From NCBI GenBank assembly GCA_030615855.1, contig JAUWYL010000014.1, forward strand, positions 1-32,940: a DNA stretch of 32,940 nt. The letters run 5' to 3'. Source of the DNA: a bacterium. Lineage in GTDB: Bacteria; UBP18; UBA7526. The notes under the pieces are model-generated. The model did not search any database, was not told the DNA's origin, and worked only from the letters and a program-made list of their open reading frames with translations. Positions 27,988 to 32,940 of the stretch are shown piece after piece. Numbering within the stretch: position 1 is the stretch's first letter; each line of letters begins with the position of its first letter. The translations under genes and the position numbers were made by a program.

Positions 27988-29814
27988 TCATTTTCCTGTA
28001 AAGTAGGCCTCAAATATTTTTTTGGCGACCGGGGCCGCAGCCTCCCCTCCCATCCCTCCGTGTTCGATGAGAATGGCAAGCGCTATCTCTGGCTTCTTGT
28101 GGGGAGCGAAACCAATGAACCAGGCGTGGTCCTCTCCTAATGGATTCTCAGCAGTGCCCGTCTTCCCTGCTGCTTCTACTCCCTTTATCTTTGCCCGCCA
28201 ACCGGTCCCCAGCTCATTGACCACACCGGAGAGGGATTTTCTCAGAAGGTCGAGATTTTCCTTCCTTAATTTCACTTCTCTTATTAAGCGGGGTCTCGCT
28301 TCCCTTATCACCTTCCCTTCTGGTGAAAGGATTCTCTTTACCAGATAAGGGCGATAGAGCCTCCCTCCATTGGCAACAGCAGCTATTAGATTTGCCATCT
28401 GCAAAGGAGTAACGAGCAGATACCCTTGGCCGATGGAGAGATTAACGGTATCTCCCTCATACCATCCCCTGCCCAGGGAGTCCTTCCTCCATTTCTTAGA
28501 AGGTAGAAGACCTTTTTCTTCATAAGGAAGGCCTATCCTGCTTGGCTGGCCCAAGCCGAACTTTTGAGAGAAATCCACGATATTATCTACCCCGGTCTCA
28601 AGACCTAATTGATAGAAGTAGATATCGCAGGAATGGATAATGGCCTCTTTTAGATTCAAGGTCCCGTGTCCCTCTTCCTTCCAGCACCTGAAGACCCGAT
28701 CCTTAAAGGGGAAGGCACCGGAGCATGAGAACTCCTTATCTCGAGAGGCTATTCTCTTCTCCAAGGCAGTGATAGCCGTGATTACTTTAAAGGCAGAACC
28801 CGGGGCATACTGACCCTGGGTAGCGCGGTTGGTCAAGGGATGTAGGGGATCTTTTTTCAGAGAAAGCCACTCCTCTTGGGAGAGGAACCCTGCGAAGAGG
28901 TTGGGGTTATAGGCTGGAGAACTTACTAAACTTAGTATCTCCCCATTATTGGGGTCCAGGACTACAACGGCTCCTGGTCGCCCTTCGAAGGAATCCCAGG
29001 CCACTCTCTGTAACTGGTGATCGATGGTCAGTACCAGGTTATTCCCGGGAAGCGGCCTCCTATAGTCCATTACTCCCACCCTCTGGCCACGGTTGTTCAC
29101 CCTAATCTGCCAACCCCCATCCTCACCCCCCAGATACTCATCATAGACCTTCTCCACTCCATCCTGTCCTATTCTCTCACCCAAGCGATAGCCCTCACCT
29201 CTTAAAACCTCGAGTTCCTCCTTATCAATCTCTCCTAAGTGCCCCAGAACCGGAGCTAAAAGTTCTTCATCTGGATAGTAGCGCCGGGGCTGCACCTGGA
29301 GATCAACTCCAGCAAGCTCTAATTTTCTCACCAAGATCTTAGTGGCCGTCTCCAGATCAACATCCTCTCTTAGAGAGATGCTGGAGAAAGGCCTCTGGGA
29401 CTCTTTAATGGTCTGGTAGATTCTTTTTTCCGCCACCCCAATAATGGGAGCTACCTCTCTGACGGTCTTGGCTAAATCCTCTCGACTTAGGTTCCAGGGA
29501 TAGATAGTGAGGGAGAAAGAGGGACGACTTTTGGCCAGAACCTTCCCTTTTCGGTCATAGATAATCCCTCTCGGGGCGCGGGAGGGGAGGAGGCGGATGC
29601 TATTATTCTGGGCTAAGGAGCGATATCTCTCGCCCTGGATAATCTCCAGGACCCAGAGCCTTCCCAAGAGGATGAGAAAAGAGAGAGATATAAGAATGGT
29701 AAGGATTAAGAGCCGCTTTCGAAATTCCGCTCCGTCGCTGAAGCTATGCCCGTCCTCCGCAGTAGCACTGCTACGGAGGATGGAGAGCGTAGGCGACTTC
29801 TTTTCAGAAGACAT
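27988..29814 (-). CDS. mrdA: Penicillin-binding protein 2
   Basis: TM anchor, APRGIIYDR, SxxK (GSAFK), SCD, KTGTAE, DHAWF; ATG at 29814 just after the mreD stop. Confidence 0.96.
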   Translation of the reverse strand: MSSEKKSPTLSILRSSATAEDGHSFSDGAEFRKRLLILTILISLSFLILLGRLWVLEIIQGERYRSLAQNNSIRLLPSRAPRGIIYDRKGKVLAKSRPSFSLTIYPWNLSREDLAKTVREVAPIIGVAEKRIYQTIKESQRPFSSISLREDVDLETATKILVRKLELAGVDLQVQPRRYYPDEELLAPVLGHLGEIDKEELEVLRGEGYRLGERIGQDGVEKVYDEYLGGEDGGWQIRVNNRGQRVGVMDYRRPLPGNNLVLTIDHQLQRVAWDSFEGRPGAVVVLDPNNGEILSLVSSPAYNPNLFAGFLSQEEWLSLKKDPLHPLTNRATQGQYAPGSAFKVITAITALEKRIASRDKEFSCSGAFPFKDRVFRCWKEEGHGTLNLKEAIIHSCDIYFYQLGLETGVDNIVDFSQKFGLGQPSRIGLPYEEKGLLPSKKWRKDSLGRGWYEGDTVNLSIGQGYLLVTPLQMANLIAAVANGGRLYRPYLVKRILSPEGKVIREARPRLIREVKLRKENLDLLRKSLSGVVNELGTGWRAKIKGVEAAGKTGTAENPLGEDHAWFIGFAPHKKPEIALAILIEHGGMGGEAAAPVAKKIFEAYFTGK

Positions 29815-29816
29815 GA

Positions 29817-30323
29817 TTACCAAACCTTTGTCTCATTAGAAGTATTTCTAATGGGGGTTATCCTCTTAAAGACGTAAAAGAGGAGAGGGGTAAGAAGGGA
29901 GGTATAGAGAGAAGCGGGAAGGATGATGTAAAGAAAACAGTGGCGGAAGGGTGGGGTAAGATAGAACGAGGAGAGGAGAATGAAGAGAATCATTCCTTCC
30001 AAGAACATGCCTATAAATAGAAGGAGCCCCTGGGTGAGGGGGGCTTTGAAATATAGAAGGGGAGCAACCACTCCTGCTAAAAATCCAAGAACCGTCTTAG
30101 AGAAAGCATTGGTCCCTAATGAGACGGGGGAAAAAAGATCCAAAAGAATCCCGGCCAAGAAACCACACCAGGCTCCAGAGATGGGTCCTTTATAAAGACC
30201 TATAAAGATGACCAGTATGAGGAGAAGGTCGGGCTTAATTCCCAGGATGCTCAGCCGATTCAAGAGGGTGGCCTGGAGAATAGCCAGGAAGAGAAGGAGG
30301 ATGAAGGGAACTATTCTTCTCAT
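29817..30323 (-). CDS. mreD: Rod shape-determining protein MreD
   Basis: Hydrophobic protein with 'IKPDLLLILV...GF.AG.LLD'; lies between mreC and mrdA. Confidence 0.92.
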   Translation of the reverse strand: MRRIVPFILLLFLAILQATLLNRLSILGIKPDLLLILVIFIGLYKGPISGAWCGFLAGILLDLFSPVSLGTNAFSKTVLGFLAGVVAPLLYFKAPLTQGLLLFIGMFLEGMILFILLSSFYLTPPFRHCFLYIILPASLYTSLLTPLLFYVFKRITPIRNTSNETKVW

Positions 30324-31042
30324 TGAGTCTTAAGGACTAGGACCTCTTCTAAGCTGCTCAGGTTTACTTCTGGGATAACAACTATCTTCAAGAAGAGGTC
30401 CTGGGGATGGGGAGGTTCTATTTTCTTTACTCTTCCTATGGCCAGACCCTTAGGGAAGAGCCCGCCTTCTAAACCAGAGGTGATGACTAGATCCCCCTCC
30501 CGGACATCTGCCCCTAAGGGGAGATACTTCAAGATGAGATACTTTCCCTTTCCCTGGATTACTCCCTGAATACGACTCCTCTGAACTAAAGCACCGATCT
30601 CGCTTCCCGGATCGGTGATGAGCAAAACCTGGGAAGAGTTTTTATTCGCCTTAATTACTCTTCCTGCCAGGCCCTTTGGGGTAATTACTACAGAATTCTT
30701 TTCTACTCCCCACTTTTCCCCTCTATCGAGAAGAAGGGCATGGAACCAGTTGCTTGGCTCCCGGGCAATGACAGAAGAGACCAGACCCTCATAGATGGAA
30801 TGCTCCTTTAGGTCCAAGAGCCTCCGTAACCTCTTATTTTCCTCTTCGACCTCAAGCAAGAACCTCTCTTTTCCTTGGACTGGCACTTCTTTCGGTCCAG
30901 AAGGTGCCCTGGCCAGGACCTTCACTGGCAGGTAGATAATGGTGGTTAGGCCCTCCTCTAATTTAGTACCCCGCTTCTTAGAGAGCAAAAAAAAGAGAGC
31001 TATTAAAATAAGCAAAACTAAAACAAAAACTTTCTTCTTCAT
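30320..31042 (-). CDS. mreC: Rod shape-determining protein MreC
   Basis: EENKRLRRLL, LDRG...GV, GLAGRV, VLLITD, GDLVITSGL.GGLFPKGLAIGRV. Confidence 0.95.
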   Translation of the reverse strand: MKKKVFVLVLLILIALFFLLSKKRGTKLEEGLTTIIYLPVKVLARAPSGPKEVPVQGKERFLLEVEEENKRLRRLLDLKEHSIYEGLVSSVIAREPSNWFHALLLDRGEKWGVEKNSVVITPKGLAGRVIKANKNSSQVLLITDPGSEIGALVQRSRIQGVIQGKGKYLILKYLPLGADVREGDLVITSGLEGGLFPKGLAIGRVKKIEPPHPQDLFLKIVVIPEVNLSSLEEVLVLKTQ

Positions 31043-31075
31043 CAGACGCTGATTTCCTTTTACTGCTTACTGCTT

Positions 31076-31423
31076 GGGCTTACTAGACGCGGATACTCAA
31101 CGTACTTTCCCGCTTCTAGCGGGACCCCGCCATTCGGCGGTGGCGTTTGCCTTGAGGAGTAACCGCTGATAATAAGGAAGCCTCCCCGATTCATCGGGGA
31201 GAACCTTGTTATTCGGGCTTCTTTAGTAGAGGGGGCAAGCAAATGCGCGCCCTTATAATAAAGATGCCTTCGCTTTGCGAAGAACTTTGTTATTCCTCCG
31301 CATCTTTAGTAGACGAGGCAAGCGAAGCGCGTCGTCATAATAAAGACGCCTTCGCTTCGCGAAGAACTTTGTTATGCCAGCGCGTCTTTATTAGACAGGG
31401 CAAGTGAAACGCACTGTCATAAT
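31076..31423. repeat. Tandem array of ~81-82-bp double-hairpin units (about 4 units) between mreB and mreC
   Basis: AGAAC(C/T)TTGTTAT recurs at 31200, 31281 and 31363; conserved TCTTTA(G/T)TAGA and ATAATAAAGA(C/T)GCCT blocks with variable hairpin tips. Confidence 0.8.
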
Positions 31424-31489
31424 CTGCGGTCATTGCTTGATATTCATGCTCTCTCGGATGAAAGCTGTGCGCATCCGGCATCTGCGTCC

Positions 31490-32530
31490 TCAGTAGCGGT
31501 GATGGATAGGAGCTAAAATGTGCTTTAGGGTATCCAGTTCATCCAGGACCTTACCCGTTCCTAGAACAACTGTAGACATAGGATCCTCATCGAGATTAAC
31601 GGGAAGTCCGGTCTCCTCAGAGAGTAGCCTATCCATTCCCCGGAGCATGGCTCCCCCACCTGCCATCATAATTCCTCTCTCCATAATGTCTGCGGATAGC
31701 TCTGGTGGGGTACGTTCTAAGGTGCTCTTCACCGCCTCCACAATGACCCCTAAGGTTTCTTGTAAGGCTTTTCTTATCTCCTGGGAAGTGATGGTCACTG
31801 TCTTGGGCAAACCTGCTATCAGGTCCCTTCCCTTCACCTCCAGGGTGAGTTCCTCTTTTAAGGGGTAGGCGCTCCCAATCCTTATCTTAATCTCCTCTGC
31901 AGTATGCTCTCCAATAGCCAGGTTATAGGTCTTCTTAAGATAGGCCATAATGGCCTCATCCATCTCATTCCCGGCCACGCGAATCGAGCGATGACAGACG
32001 ATCCCGCCCAATGAGATTACTGCTACCTCACAGGTTCCCCCACCAACATCTACGATCATATTTCCCGCGGGTTCGGCAATGGGGAGTCCGGCTCCAATGG
32101 CGGCAGCCATGGGCTCCTCAATAAGATAAACCTCTCTGGCTCCTGCCTGCCGAGCGGATTCTTCCACCGCCCTCTTCTCCACCCCTGTTATTCCTAAGGG
32201 AACACAGACGATAATTCGGGGTCTTACCAGGGCCCTTCTCTTATGGGCCTTGGTAATGAAGTAGCGTAGCATCTCCTCTGTGACCTCGAAATCGGCGATT
32301 ACTCCGTCCTTCATAGGTCGGATGGCCACGATATTGGCCGGGGTCCTTCCCAGCATCCTTTTGGCATCGCTTCCCACCGCCACTACCTTGCCTGTCTCTT
32401 TCAGGATGGCCACCACGCTTGGTTCCCTCAAAATAATTCCCTGGCCCTTAACATAGGCTAAGGTGGTAGAGGTCCCCAGATCGATGGCCACATCGTTAGA
32501 GAATATTCCCAAGAACCAATCGAATAACAT
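31490..32530 (-). CDS. mreB: Rod shape-determining protein MreB
   Basis: [52 protein letters not shown]. Confidence 0.98.
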   Translation of the reverse strand: MLFDWFLGIFSNDVAIDLGTSTTLAYVKGQGIILREPSVVAILKETGKVVAVGSDAKRMLGRTPANIVAIRPMKDGVIADFEVTEEMLRYFITKAHKRRALVRPRIIVCVPLGITGVEKRAVEESARQAGAREVYLIEEPMAAAIGAGLPIAEPAGNMIVDVGGGTCEVAVISLGGIVCHRSIRVAGNEMDEAIMAYLKKTYNLAIGEHTAEEIKIRIGSAYPLKEELTLEVKGRDLIAGLPKTVTITSQEIRKALQETLGVIVEAVKSTLERTPPELSADIMERGIMMAGGGAMLRGMDRLLSEETGLPVNLDEDPMSTVVLGTGKVLDELDTLKHILAPIHHRY

Positions 32531-32586
32531 CTTACAACCTCCTTTCAGGTAGGTATTAGTTAACAGTAACCAGTTTACAGTAAAAA

Positions 32587-32940
32587 TTACAAAGAATTGA
32601 TTAGCCCAGTAATCATACTGGTAATCTCTCGACCATCCTTACGTAGGTCTTTAAATACTGCTTTATCAATAAGCGATTGCCTGATTAAGACATTGAATAC
32701 AGAAATACATTCCCTCGTGGAATCTAAAGAAATTCCAAAGTAACGAGCCTTCTCTTTCTTTGATATTTTGCCACTTCCCTCTGCCAGATTGTTTGCAATA
32801 GATAAACCGGCTCTTAAAAGATTATTGCCTATGGAATATTTAAATTCTTTTGGTAGTTTTCTATACACCTCAAAGATTTTATCTATAAACTTTAGGGCAA
32901 ATTGGTAGACCTTTAGCCTTTCAAAATCAAACTGAAAATC
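32587..32940 (-). CDS. Four helix bundle protein (TIGR02436-like), 5' end outside window
   Basis: Frame is open to the edge: [18 protein letters not shown]...LPKEFKY...[16 protein letters not shown]...STREC. Confidence 0.88.
   Translation of the reverse strand, partial: DFQFDFERLKVYQFALKFIDKIFEVYRKLPKEFKYSIGNNLLRAGLSIANNLAEGSGKISKKEKARYFGISLDSTRECISVFNVLIRQSLIDKAVFKDLRKDGREITSMITGLINSL

Noticed and set aside
31160-31205. GAAGCCTCCCCGATTCATCGGGGAG resembling an IS200/IS605 right end or TnpB omega-RNA tail
   Set aside because: It aligns as a variant tip of the 81-82-bp array unit, and no tnpA/tnpB remnant is visible.
31200-31423. Canonical integron attC array
   Set aside because: The hairpins are about 42 bp, lack a proper GTTRRRY partner and L boxes, enclose no cassette ORFs, and no integrase is in the window. 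Kept only as an analogy.
942-31868. Plus-strand and short alternative-frame ORFs in the track (e.g. 1043-1528, 3766-4170, 22260-22640, 27099-27488, 31518-31868)
   Set aside because: They are shadows of well-supported minus-strand genes or translations of repeats, with no recognisable motifs.

Overview
Bacterial chromosomal window, probably from an uncultured lineage (taxonomy cannot be determined from sequence alone), with every credible gene on the minus strand. The right half is a housekeeping run: mreB-mreC-mreD-mrdA-rodA-rplU-rpmA-obgE-proB-proA-nadD, with two four-helix-bundle (TIGR02436/IVP-like) genes inserted. The left half is a cell-surface and glycosylation region: DegT aminotransferase, ExeA-type ATPase, a secreted beta-helix protein, a MerR-type HTH, a GT2, an STT3/AglB-like oligosaccharyltransferase, a 1846-aa C25 gingipain-like protein with a CFI-box-CTERM-like tail, and a >1586-aa GLUG/LamG surface protein that runs off the left edge and is missing from the ORF track. 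The most unusual signal is non-coding: most of the larger intergenic gaps are nested mosaics of short palindromic or tandem elements. These include (i) CCCCG...CGGGG miniature inverted-repeat elements that duplicate TTCA/TGAA and sit on start codons, (ii) inverted arrays of 6-9-bp repeats that flank four-helix-bundle genes and also occur empty, (iii) a 20-bp CCTGCCTG-N4-CAGGCAGG palindrome cleanly inserted in a gene, (iv) 34-bp hairpins, one inserted in frame in PBP2, and (v) an 81-82-bp tandem array with covarying hairpins between mreB and mreC. No transposase, integrase, CRISPR array, tRNA or rRNA was recognised.
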